Source: Octopus bimaculoides
Lineage: Eukaryota
Assembly (NCBI RefSeq): GCF_001194135.2
Contig: NC_068982.1
Span: 156,640,814-156,704,813, forward strand
Direction of reading: 5' to 3'
DNA: 64,000 bases
The notes under the pieces were generated by a model, which did no database searches, was not told the origin of the DNA, and saw only the letters and a list, made by a program, of their open reading frames with translations. Position numbers and translations under genes: made by a program. This document shows, one piece after another, positions 1 through 11,192 of the stretch. Position 1 is the first letter of the stretch; each line of letters begins with the position of its first letter.

Positions 1-10
1 TAACATATCC

Positions 11-65
11 ATATATGTATGTATGTATGCATGTATGTATGCATGTCTGTATGTATGTCTGTATG

Positions 66-154
<89 letters not shown>

Positions 155-210
155 GTCTGTCTGTCTGTCTGTTTTTCTGTCAGTCTGTCTGTCTGTCTGT
201 CTGTCTGCCT
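11..210. repeat. Compound tetranucleotide microsatellite (TATG)n-(TATC)n-(TCTG)n
   Basis: Read directly; explains ORFs 15..362 and 23..238. Confidence 0.97.
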
Positions 211-798
211 GTCGTCATATCGATTTGTCTTTGTATGAATGTATGTGTTTGTATATGTGTATACATGTGTGTGGTGTGTACGGTGCGTGTGCCCGCACAT
301 GCGTGCATTTCTCATTGTGTGTGGTGTGTGTGTGTAGGGTGTATGTTATAAAGGTGAATTAGTGATATGTTAGTTGATTGGACTACAACTTGAATATCTG
401 AAATATCTGGAATACCCACTAATTCTTCTAAGTTGATCATAGCAAGGCACATAATTCCACATGAAACATCCAATTATAGAGAGTTTAGCAAAAGTAAAGT
501 TATATGAATTAATATCTTCCAATTACTATACCAATCGGTTCCGAACTGCAACGGACCAGTTAATTGTTCACTGCATTTACGATGTGGAAATTGATAAGTT
601 AGTATCTGAACAACTCAAAAATGCATGTAAAATGCTGTAAAGTATGTTGTTTAGTGATTAGAATTTAGAAACTTCGAGAGAATGCGAAATAATTCGTTTT
701 TAGCGGTTCAGCTCGAAGTAAATAAAATAATAAAGAATAGCATGTAAATATTGTGGCAAAAAAACAGAGAGAGGGATATATATACAGCCTTTATATAT

Positions 799-1029
799 TT
801 AGTTCTCTATATTTAATACTCAATATTTCATATATTCAATAAGAGAAAACAATATTTCATTTCATTTTACTATTTATATTATATATTCCATATTCTATAT
901 CCCACATTAATTTTATAAGAATATAAATAAAACATAAAAAACAGACAGAGTTGGAACTCTCTTAAATAATATATTCCTCTATACACGATCATACAAAACC
1001 CTTTTTTTATATTTTTTATTTTTATTTTT

Positions 1030-1077
<48 letters not shown>

Positions 1078-1339
1078 NNNNNNNNNNNNNNNNNNNNNNN
1101 NNNNNNNNNNNNNNNNNNNNNATATATATAAAATAAAAAAAGGGGTTTGTATGATAGTGTATAGAGGAATATATTATTTAAAAGAGTTCCAACTCTGTTT
1201 TTATGTTTTATTTATATTCTTATAAAATTAATGTGGGATATAGAATATGGAATATATAATATAAATAGTAAAATGAAATGAAGTATTGAATGTCTTATTG
1301 AATATCTGAAATATTGTGTATTAAATATATAAGGACTAA
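799..1339. repeat. Long imperfect inverted repeat (foldback), arms about 210 bp around (CA)n and a 44-N gap
   Basis: About 799-1012 is the reverse complement of about 1128-1339, e.g. cagagttggaactctcttaaataatatattcctctatacacgatcatacaaaacc vs ggtttgtatgatagtgtatagaggaatatattatttaaaagagttccaactctg; several substitutions and indels. Confidence 0.9.
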
Positions 1340-1380
1340 CATACTTTCCTGCTTTATAGCAGTCATCAAGGATATATATG

Positions 1381-1381
1381 T

Positions 1382-1412
<31 letters not shown>

Positions 1413-1500
1413 TAGAGACAGGGGGAAAGAGAGAGAGAGAGAGAGGGGGGAGAGAGAGAGGGAGAGGGGGAGAGAGAGGTAGAGAGAGAGAGAGAGAAAG
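1381..1500. repeat. (GA)n microsatellite
   Basis: Read directly. Confidence 0.95.
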
Positions 1501-3075
1501 AGAATTGAAGGATCATTCACTGATATGGTCCAAGATATACCAAAATGCAAGAATATCATGGTTGATGTACTTTTTGTCAAGGTTGATCATAAGTTTGGGA
1601 GAGCAGAACAGACCAAGGGCAGTAAACACAGCAGCAGCAAAATAAGACCCAAGTGAATCATGTGTTAGACACATTTACTACAGGGATTCTTCGCCGTTGC
1701 TCGACCTGCTAAAAAGCAACACAAAACATTTCCTTCAAATGAAACATTACTCAGATATATACGAAAAGATCTAGAACACTTTTGATCATTTGTCTGCAGC
1801 GTCAGATCTTATTTCAGGCTACGCGACAGCCTCCAGGAGAAATTTTAAATCATAGTTTCTGTATGAGCAAGTATAATAAATAACTGTGTGTATATGTACA
1901 TGTATATGTATATGTATGTGTGTATATATATATCTATATATATATATATATATACACACAATCACACACACGCACATGTATAACTGTGCAAGACAGCAAG
2001 AAAAAAAAACAACAACGTGATGACGTAGCACATGTAATGTATGAATAAGACGCTCAGAGAAGGAAAAGAGTGGTTGTTTTACGTTTCGTGCATAGCTCTT
2101 CTTTGGAAACAGGAAACATAGGAAGTTCATGTTTGCATGTATGTGTGCGCGCTAGCTACCATGCACGAAATTCTTGCTTTATCTCCTGACAACAAGCCTA
2201 TATATTTGTATGTGTGTGTGCGTGTGTGTGTATGTGTGTGTGTGTGTGTGTGTTTGTCTGTGTGTGTGTGTGTGCTCGCGTGTGCGTGTGTGTGTGTGTA
2301 CATGTGCGTGAGCGTGAGTGTGCACTTAAGCATTTGTATATGTATTTCTAGGCATATGTGCATGTATTGGCGTACGAGGAAGAAAAAAGAGAAACTAGGG
2401 AAGACAAAAAAAAAAAGAAACAAAAAATAGTAGGTATGATCAGATAGGAAAACATCTGTCCACAAAGCCCCTCGCATCAGGAATTCTTTGTTACAGCACA
2501 TTAGCATCTACTTGCCCTTAGTTGCACATTTGTTTCCAAAAGAATACGCAACATGAATATAATTTCCGTTTAAAAGTTTTGAAGTAAGAGACATCTTAAC
2601 ATACGACCAGTTAAGCATTTCAAAGGCTACGAGCAGAGTAGGGAAGTTCACGATCAATTCGTTGATCAGCTCACTAAAAATGCCAAGTACACAGCTAAAC
2701 GTGTGTACACAGCTAAACGTACATATCACCAGACACCTGGATATGTACACAGAAATGGTTAAAATGAGAAACGCAGCGTTGTAATTAATGGTAGTGGTGG
2801 CTAGAACATGCTACAGATAGAACGGTTTTGTGTAATCAAAATTTTGCTGAAGTATAGGTACCAACACAGTGGGAAAAAAGATCACACACACACACATTCA
2901 GAGAGAGGAGGAAGGGAGGGAGGCAGATAGAGACAGATAAAATTAGAAAGGAATTGGTATAAATATAATAATAATGCATATATATATAGAGAGAGAGTGA
3001 GAGAGAGTGAGAGAGAGTGAGAGAGAGTGAGAGAGATAGATAGATACAGAGAGAAATTGAGATAGAGAGAGAGAC

Positions 3076-3120
<45 letters not shown>

Positions 3121-3126
<6 letters not shown>

Positions 3127-3769
3127 GTAGAAGTTGAAAATGCATTGTGAGTATTTAAAATATTTCTTTATTAATATATTTAAAACTTTAACCGTTTTCA
3201 CAGTTTACACTGATTTTCAAAAAGTTTGAAATAGAAATTCGTGGCTTATGTCGCAGCTGTCTTGCTTCTGACTAGTGTTTGAAGCTTGCCTGATTTTTGT
3301 AGGGAGTTCATGGCTCAAATTAGTATATGTTATGAATAGGATTTGATTGGTAGAGGATAGTCACATGATTGATCTTAGAAATTTTTGTAGGTTCCACGCT
3401 ACGTCCGTGGGTTAGTATCAAGTGACAATGTTTGACGTCGTAAGTTAAGGCTGATACGGTTGACTGAACATGTGAAAACAATCGGGAAATGTACAAAAGG
3501 TTATGAACTTAATCATGTGTTCATTCTCTACAAACATTTGACAGACAACATTCAGAGCATCCGACTTATAAAAATTTCTAAGACCGGTCATGTGACTATC
3601 CTCTACCAATCAAATCCTATTCAAAACAGATACTAATTTGAATCATGAACTGCCTACAAAAATAGGGCAAGCTTCAAACAATCAGTGTAAACTGAAACTA
3701 TAAAGGTTTAAATATATTAATAAAAAATATTTTAACAATTTTCAATGCATTTTCAACTTCTAATTTTCC
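3121..3769. mobile_element. Foldback / MITE-like element with long inverted arms
   Basis: 3121-3215 pairs with 3680-3769 (ggaaaagtagaagttgaaaatgcatt / aatgcattttcaacttctaattttcc). 3276-3386 pairs with 3570-3680 (aggatttgattggtagaggatagtcacatga / tcatgtgactatcctctaccaatcaaatcct). The left arm has a ~60 bp insert; the spacer is ~180 bp. Confidence 0.8.
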
Positions 3770-4156
3770 AATATTTCTACCCGTGTGGAATAAAATACCT
3801 TTGTTAAATATATCTATATATATATAAGAAATTAAAAAAGGAAAATACACACACTTTACATTGTTTTAATATAATTTTTAATATATCGACCGGTTTCGCT
3901 TTCGCTATTCATGATATTATGGTTTACTTGTTTGAATATGTATTTTCTTAAGAAGAATTTTTTGTCCATGTTGTGTGTGATGATATTTAAGAGTGAATGA
4001 CTTCACAAGTAGAAAAAATAAATATTAAAACTATGTAAAGTGTGTGTATTTTCCTTTTTTAATTTCTTTTATATATATTACAACTCCCCAAGGGGGGATA
4101 ATCGAAATTACTCCTTTTCTGTTACTACTATATATATATATATATACACGCATATA

Positions 4157-5597
4157 CAGGGTGTGATTAGTAAATTATCACCATTTTATTATTTTTTTTT
4201 ATTTCGCGCATGGTTTGTTTTTGATTTTGTCAACTAAACAATATGATAGGGTCAGTTGGGCACCGTCTGTGAGAAAAACAGCACCATGACGTTATTCATT
4301 CGGCCAGAAATTTTGAAACGACATGCTGTACTGCTTGCTATTCGCGCCCGAAAAGCCAGTACGAATATTTCAGAGTGTTTGGGTATTAACCCGAGGACAG
4401 TGCAGAGGATTCGGAAAGAGTGTGATGAGTCTAATGGTGATTACAAAGGTACGACAGCTCGGAGAACTCACCTTGATGGTTCTGATAAGATAAGGAACCC
4501 TGAATTTGTTGGTGAGATCCAGGCCATCATTAACAACGTCCCCTCCATGTTAATCAGGTCCATCGCCAAGGACATGGGAGTGTCTGAGTCTCTTATCAAG
4601 CAGGTAGTGCATGAAGACATTCGATATTCCTCCATGCAAGATGAGAAAGGGCCAATTTTTACTCCATGGCGTCAAGGAAAAGAGGATAGACCGTGCTTCG
4701 AAGCTTTTGAATAAACTCAAGCATCCCCTTCAACTGAACATGTTTTGGTTTTCCTCAGATGAGAAATTTCTATCAGGATCAGATGGTGAACCCATAGAAC
4801 AACCGTTGGCTTGCCGTGTCCCCAAAACATTTACCAAGAGTGATAAAAATCAAACATTCCAGTCAACATCATGGTGTTTGACGTGATCACTAGCGATGGC
4901 GACGTTATGCCTCCATTCATCTTCCCACACAGCCTCAGACTCAACACGGAGGTCTACATCAAGTGCCTGGAGGCGGTAGTGCTCTCGTGGGTAAAGAGGA
5001 TGACTTCTAGAAGACCCTATTTCTGACAACAGGACCCTGCACCATGCTACATAAGCAGGAGAACCGAGTCATGCTTATCAGACAATTTCTGCGATGACAT
5101 CTTCCCTAACATCTAGCTATCTAACTCCCCGGACTGCAACCTCCTTGATCATATGTGTGGGTCAGTTTCCTGTTCACCACGTTGTCGATTGACCATGCGG
5201 TGTTTTCCAACTAACTGTCGTCACTGATATACGGTTATACCAACATCAAACCACGACACCACGTGACTTTCCTCGACCAATCGCAGCCCACCTTACTGTA
5301 ATAAGAATCAACTTCTCTCATTCAAATTCAAAATGGCTGAAGAGCAGCATCACGTTCAAACGCACTAAGTTTTCACGTTCTATCTCACTTCCGCTGTTTT
5401 CAGCAGTGCTTGGAAGGAAGGTGCGTAGCGTATAATCGTCGCATTGACATTGAAAGAGAAAGGTGAGCACAGAATCTGCATCAAATTTTGCCGAAAGCTT
5501 CGCTATAGCTGCTCAGAGACCTATGCAAAGTTCTCAAAAAGTCAGTGTTAATTTCATTTTTGCATAATTTAGACGTCAATTTTCTCACTGCACCCTG
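4157..5597 (+). mobile_element. Tc1/mariner-superfamily DD37D (maT-type) element, decayed, both termini present
   Basis: Bounded by TA|CAGGGTG...CACCCTG|TA. The frameshifted transposase at ~4286-5160 has WFSSDEKF (D1), MVFDVITSDGDVMPPFIF, QQD(P)APC (D2) and NSPDCNLLD (D3 region). The 3' end 5540-5597 matches the 3' end of the sister copy at 41921-41965. Confidence 0.88.
5163..5540 (+). mobile_element. 5' fragment of an unrelated mariner-type element embedded in the maT copy
   Basis: 5444-5540 reads (L)TLKEKGEHRICIKFCRKLRYSCSETYAK, resembling the mariner N-terminal EQRxxIKFCxKLGxSxxETY motif; it replaces the maT transposase C-terminus. Confidence 0.65.
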
Positions 5598-6421
5598 TAT
5601 ATATATATACATACATACATACATACATTCATACACACACACACACACACATACACACATATGTATGTATGTATATAACTTATTACATATATATGTGAAT
5701 ATATGAAGGACATTATGCAAGATACATGTATGTATTTCTCTATATCTATATTCTATATCTATCTGTATATGTATTTATGTATTACTATGTATACGCATAA
5801 CAAATTGTACGCTGACAAACATATAATACAAGTACACAAATACATCCCGCACTCAAACACAGATAGAGAATCATGCATAAGCACATTCAAACATACAAAC
5901 TAGACGTCTTATTTCTATACAATCTAGTGTCATTTTACAAATTCTGCGGAGAATGTTGGACTAATGCCTGCGGCGTCTAGAACAGGAACCGCAATCTATA
6001 TATAATACTTACTCCAACACTATAGAAGAGGCACTTGAAAGACGACAGATATATGTGNNNNNNNNNNCATATATTATATATATTATGTATGTATGTACAT
6101 ATATTATATATATATATATATATGCCTATATGCATATATATATATATACACATGCATATATATACACACACACATATATATAAATGTATGCACATATATA
6201 TTTTTGTTTTCATATCAGGTTGTGTCTATAAACTTCTTAACATTAAACTGAAGAATTACTCAATAATTTCTTTTAGAGAGTATATATATTTTGTTTATTA
6301 AACATTTAGAAGAAGATAGGTGATAGTGACTTCGAAGTTTCGACTTGGGTTTTCTTCGTGAAATATATTTGTGTGTGTATGTGTGTGTGTGTGTGTGTGT
6401 GAGTGCGTGGGACCCAGAGCT

Positions 6422-6424
6422 AAA

Positions 6425-6458
<34 letters not shown>

Positions 6459-6505
6459 GTTATTATTATCATCATCATCATCATCATCTTCATCATCATC
6501 ATCCC
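6422..6505. repeat. (CAT)n trinucleotide microsatellite
   Basis: Read directly. Confidence 0.95.
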
Positions 6506-6540
6506 CATCAACAATAATTTAAAGAAACTATAATATCCAT

Positions 6541-6990
6541 TTCTACTATAGGCACAAGTTCTGAAATTTGAGCGAGGGAAGTTAATCGATTACATTGACC
6601 CCAGTGAAAAGCAAAGTCGATTTTGGAGGAATTTGAACTCAGAACGCAAAGACCAATGAAATGCCACTTAGCATTTTTTCGGCGTGTTAACGATTTTGCC
6701 GGCTCACCGTTTAGTCCAGGAAACTATAACATTAGTTTCAAATTTTAGTACAATGCCAGCAATTTTGGAGGAGGGGCTAAGTCGATTATAGATACCGAAA
6801 TTATGAAAGTCAAAGTGACGCCAGCAAAATTTAAACTTAGAACGTAAAAGGAAACTATGATATTGGTTTCAAATTTTGGCACATGGCCAGCAATTTAGAG
6901 AGAGGGGTAAGTCTATTACATCAACTCAATTCTGAAATGGTACCTATTTTATCGACCCTGAAATGACGAACGACGAAGTCGGCCTCAGCA
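6541..6990 (-). mobile_element. SINE family A (tRNA-derived), three same-orientation copies or fragments
   Basis: Recurrent blocks ggcacaaggcc-gaaattt, gtcgattacatcgacccc, aaagtcgac-tcggcggaatttgaactcagaac (reverse-strand B-box) and cttagcatt...aacgatt.tgcc (reverse-strand head). Confidence 0.85.
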
Positions 6991-7425
6991 GAGAATATTA
7001 AGAATGATGTGTCTACGTAGATAATTCACGAATGTCATCGTGGCCATTGCCTCGCCCTAAGTCATCTTTAATCGAGAAAAACATGTTCAAAGTCCTTCCA
7101 ATTGTGACCAGTTAACATTTTCTTGTATATCCTCTTGTATATATAAGAGTATTATTTAATGAAACCATTTTATTTAGGAGTGTCAACTGAAAGGAGTTTG
7201 TTTTTATTTTTTTCGAATCAACCAGCCATTCGAGATTCTAACGTTGTTGTTCCTGTTGTTGTTTAACTCTTAAATGATTCCCAATAGATCAGCCCGTAAC
7301 CAACTACGTTCCAAGCGTGTGTTTGCTAGATCGGACGGCCAACCAGCCGGAGCTAATTTTTCTCGCCTCGCGATATTTTTTTCTCTATTAGTATTTATTG
7401 TATAACCTTTCAAAATTTCTCCCAG

Positions 7426-7493
7426 GTGTTACCCATTACAATTCGTCTTGACCTAACGGCCCTAAAAGTCTGTCTTCGTCGATTGTTTACTTC
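7426..7493 (+). CDS. Candidate internal exon, 68 nt (VLPITIRLDLTALKVCLRRLFT), host gene unknown
   Basis: tttctcccag acceptor and gtatgt donor; only the phase-0 frame is open and it ends in phase 2. No homology recognised. Confidence 0.22.
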
Positions 7494-8237
7494 GTATGTC
7501 CACTCTGGTATCGTTTGTTCGTTCGAAGCCCTAACCCTCCACAAATTTATATTTCTAAAATTCCTGGATGCTGCTGTCTTATGAAGTTTTCCTGTCTTGA
7601 CGTTAAAAGCACGAAACAGGGTGTGATATCACAATCGACAACTGAAGAGTGGTTAGACTTCTTTTGGTATTTTGTCCCATACTTATCTCTCATTGTGTGT
7701 TTACGTATTTTTCACTCGTTGGTGATGTCCTTTTCTTAATGTGTATTTTTTCATTTATCGTATATATATATATATATANNNNNNNNNNNNNNNNNNNNNN
7801 NNNNNNNNNNNNNNNNNNNNNNNNNNNNNNNNNNNNNNNNNNNNNNNNNNNNNNNNNNNNNNNNNNNNNNNNNNNNNNNNNNNNNNNNNNNNNNNNNNNN
7901 NNNNNNNNNNNNNNNNNNNNNNNNNNNNNNNNNNNNNNNNNNNNNNNNNNNNNNNNNNNNNNNNNNNNNNNNNNNNNNNNNNNNNNNNNNNNNNNNNNNN
8001 NNNNNNNNNNNNNNNNNNNNNNNNNNNNNNNNNNNNNNNNNNNNNNNNNNNNNNNNNNNNNNNNNNNNNNNNNNNNNNNNNNNNNNNNNNNNNNNNNNNN
8101 NNNNNNNNNNNNNNNNNNNNNNNNNNNNNNNNNNNNNNNNNNNNNNNNNNNNNNNNNNNNNNNNNNNNNNNNNNNNNNNNNNNNNNNNNNNNNNNNNNNN
8201 NNNNNNNNNNNNNNNNNNNNNNNNNNNNNNNNNNNNN

Positions 8238-8310
<73 letters not shown>

Positions 8311-8360
8311 ATACATGCATATATGTGTGTTTGTGTTGGTATAATAATCTTTGATTTTAG

Positions 8361-8399
8361 ATTTCAGTCTATCGACAAACTATTGTTTCTTCACCTTTA
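8361..8399 (+). CDS. Candidate 39-nt microexon A (FQSIDKLLFLHL), paralog of 10063-10101
   Basis: ttgattttag acceptor, gtgcgc donor, symmetric phase 2-2; same length and boundaries as copy B. Confidence 0.4.
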
Positions 8400-8406
8400 G
8401 TGCGCG

Positions 8407-8726
8407 CGTTGGCTTGCCGTGTCCCCAAAACATGTACCGTGAGTGATAAAAATCAAAGATCCAGTCAACATCATGGTGTTTGGCGTGATCACTAGTGATG
8501 GTGACGTTATGCCTCCATTCATCTTCCCACACCGCCTCATGCTCAACACGGAGGCCTGCATCAAATGCCTGGAGGCGGTATAGCTGTCGTGGGTGAAGAA
8601 GGTGGCTTCTAGAAGACCCTATGTCTGATAACAAGACTCTGCACCATGCTACATAAGCAGGAGAACTGAGTCATGCTTGCCAGACAATTTCTGCGATGAA
8701 GTCATGCTTGTCACACAAATTCTGCG
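8407..8726 (+). mobile_element. Internal fragment of the DD37D (maT-type) transposase
   Basis: 8407-8699 aligns by eye with 4804-5099 (MVFGVITSDGDVMPPFIFPH...QD.APC.ISRR). Confidence 0.88.
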
Positions 8727-8884
8727 TTAGCTCGCATAAAAACACACACAAACGCACACACAGACACACAGACCCAGACAGATAGACACACAGACACACA
8801 GACAGACACACAGACACAGACACAGACACAGACACACACACACACACACATCAATGTCTTCTGTACATTTATTCATTTTTTGAT

Positions 8885-8980
8885 TAGCAGCCGGCACAAC
8901 TGTGTTCTTAAGAAGCTCAATTTGCAACCCCAAACCATGTGGTTGGAAAGCAACCTTCTTGACGCACTGCCCCAAATAGG
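8885..8980 (-). mobile_element. SINE family D head fragment
   Basis: aaaccatgtggttggaaagcaaccttcttgac is the reverse complement of the family D 5' head. Confidence 0.55.
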
Positions 8981-9611
8981 CTACTTGCCCCAACAGAGAC
9001 TTATGAATTCGCGCCCTTCAAGTTAAAAATCGGATGATTTCTAGTAAATCGTGCTACCGCTTAGCAGTTCCAATTTTTATTTTAGTTATATGCGTTCAAA
9101 TAAAATCCACAACAGATCAATTGATCCCTCAATAACATCTGTGACTTAAAATTAGATTACAGCTTCGACGTTTGTTTTCTATTATACATAGAGATGATTT
9201 AGTGACAGATAATCTGACTGCGTGCAAATATATGGATTATTGTACATTCTGCCACTACTATCTGCAGTTAAGAAATTGTATTATTATTAATATTATTATT
9301 TTTAAATTATTATCATATGGAACTTTATATTCTGAAATTTATATTTTTATAACTGTTTAGGGTCAATTATTTCTACTTTAGTTGTTAGTTGTAAATGTTT
9401 ACTTTATTTATGTATTTGCACATGTATGTGTGTGTGTATGTATGTATGTATGTATGTATGTATGTATGTATGTATGTGTGTGTGTGTATGTATGTATGTA
9501 TGTATGTATGTATGTATGTATGTATGTTATATACATGTACTGGTATGTATAGCTGCATGTATGCTTCTATATCTATATATTTGACAGCCTGTTTCTCTGT
9601 CTGCCTGTCAG

Positions 9612-9665
<54 letters not shown>

Positions 9666-9733
9666 TCTATCTATCATCTCGCTATCTATTTATCTGTATG
9701 TATATAAATACTCACACATATATGTATTGAGTT

Positions 9734-9802
<69 letters not shown>

Positions 9803-9964
9803 TGTGTGTATATATATATATATAATATATATATATATGTGTGTATACATATATATATGTATATATACATACACATGTATATATATATATTATATAAATA
9901 TATTTTACACGCAATTACACATGTATATACGTATGTATACATATGCATATACATAAATACACAC

Positions 9965-10012
<48 letters not shown>

Positions 10013-10062
10013 ATATATGTATTCGTGTATGTTTGTATTGGTGTAATGTTTTCTGATTTCAG

Positions 10063-10101
10063 ATTTCAGTCTATCGACGAGTTGTTATCCCTTGGTCTTC
10101 A
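10063..10101 (+). CDS. Candidate 39-nt microexon B ([12 protein letters not shown])
   Basis: gttttctgatttcag acceptor, strong gtatgt donor, phase 2-2; LRR-like spacing FxxIxxLxxLxL. Confidence 0.45.
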
Positions 10102-10315
10102 GTATGTACACACACTTACACGCACACACACACACACACGCGCGCGCGCATTAATTTCTTGTGTTCCTGGGTATGTGCGTGTCTGACGAAACTTGCATAC
10201 ACGTGTATACGTAGATATAAACATGCTTCCAGAATTTTAAATATAGTATGTATTAGCGAAAGTGAGAGCGAAACATTTAAGGAGAAAGGTTGATCGAAAT
10301 ATAGACCCATAGATA

Positions 10316-10593
10316 TGTAGAGAGGTAGGTAGGTAGGTAGGTAGGTAGGTAGGTAGGTAGGTAGGTAGGTAGGTAGGTAGGTTGGTAGGTAGGTAGGTAG
10401 GTAGATAGGTACGTAGGTAGATAAATAGGTAAATAGAGTGGTAGACAGACAGACTGACAGATATATAAATAGATACATAGACAGAGAAATATATAGATAG
10501 CTAGATAGATAGAGATAGGCAGGCAAATAGACAGAAAAATAGACAGACAGAGAGACTGACAGACAGACAGACAGATAGATAGATAGATTGATG

Positions 10594-10646
<53 letters not shown>

Positions 10647-10775
10647 GCAAATTGACAGATACATAGACAGACAGAGAGACAGATAAATAGATTGTCAGAG
10701 AGACAGGCAGACAGTAAGACAGGCAGACAGATAGACTGATAGATCGATAGATAGATTGATAGATAGAGAGATAAA
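10316..10775. repeat. Compound (GGTA)n-(GATA)n-(GACA)n microsatellite
   Basis: Read directly. Confidence 0.95.
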
Positions 10776-10949
10776 TGGAGATAGTGAAATGCAAAGAGAA
10801 TTTAAGAGAATGTATATACTTGTGCATGTGTGGGTGCGTTTGAGAGAGATAGAGAGAGAAGGAGAGACACAGAGAAAGAGAGAAACAGAGAGAAAGAGAG
10901 ACAGAGAAAGAAGGAGAAAGAACTTTAATTTACTTCTTTAAAACTACAT

Positions 10950-11050
10950 CAATCGTTGTTTGGCCCCAGGTAAATCACACACCGATTAATCTTATTTATG
11001 GAAGAAGACAATCCAGTCCAGCCGCAACCATCTCACAATTTTGCTGTTAT
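10950..11050 (-). mobile_element. Dispersed repeat family B fragment (SINE-like, (CAA)n tail)
   Basis: gttgtttggccccaggtaaatc...ccagccgcaaccatc matches the reverse complement of the family 3' end. Other fragments at about 1560-1760(+), 7230-7340(-), 11545-11680(-), 12775-12860(-), 19560-19725(+), 23380-23490(-), 26065-26165(-), 37225-37290(+), 48460-48640(-), 52935-53025(+) and 53200-53315(+). Confidence 0.6.
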
Positions 11051-11192
11051 TTATAAGTTACAGCAGAGCAAAACCAAATGCCTCCCCGTTTATAAGATGG
11101 AACAGTATGATTTGCGTTAGATTCTTCCACATGTGTGGCTGCGCTCCGTTATAGATATTGCGTGTTTTTGGATCCAGGTTAATTTGCCAAAA

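Noticed and set aside
6541-6990. CRISPR-like or regularly spaced arrays
   Set aside because: Units are 120-200 bp decayed SINEs without constant repeat/unique spacer structure; the context is eukaryotic and there are no cas genes.
9198-9227. 30-nt phase 2-2 exon candidate (DDLVTDNLT) between the two microexons
   Set aside because: Weak donor (gtgcaa) and no motif or paralogy support.
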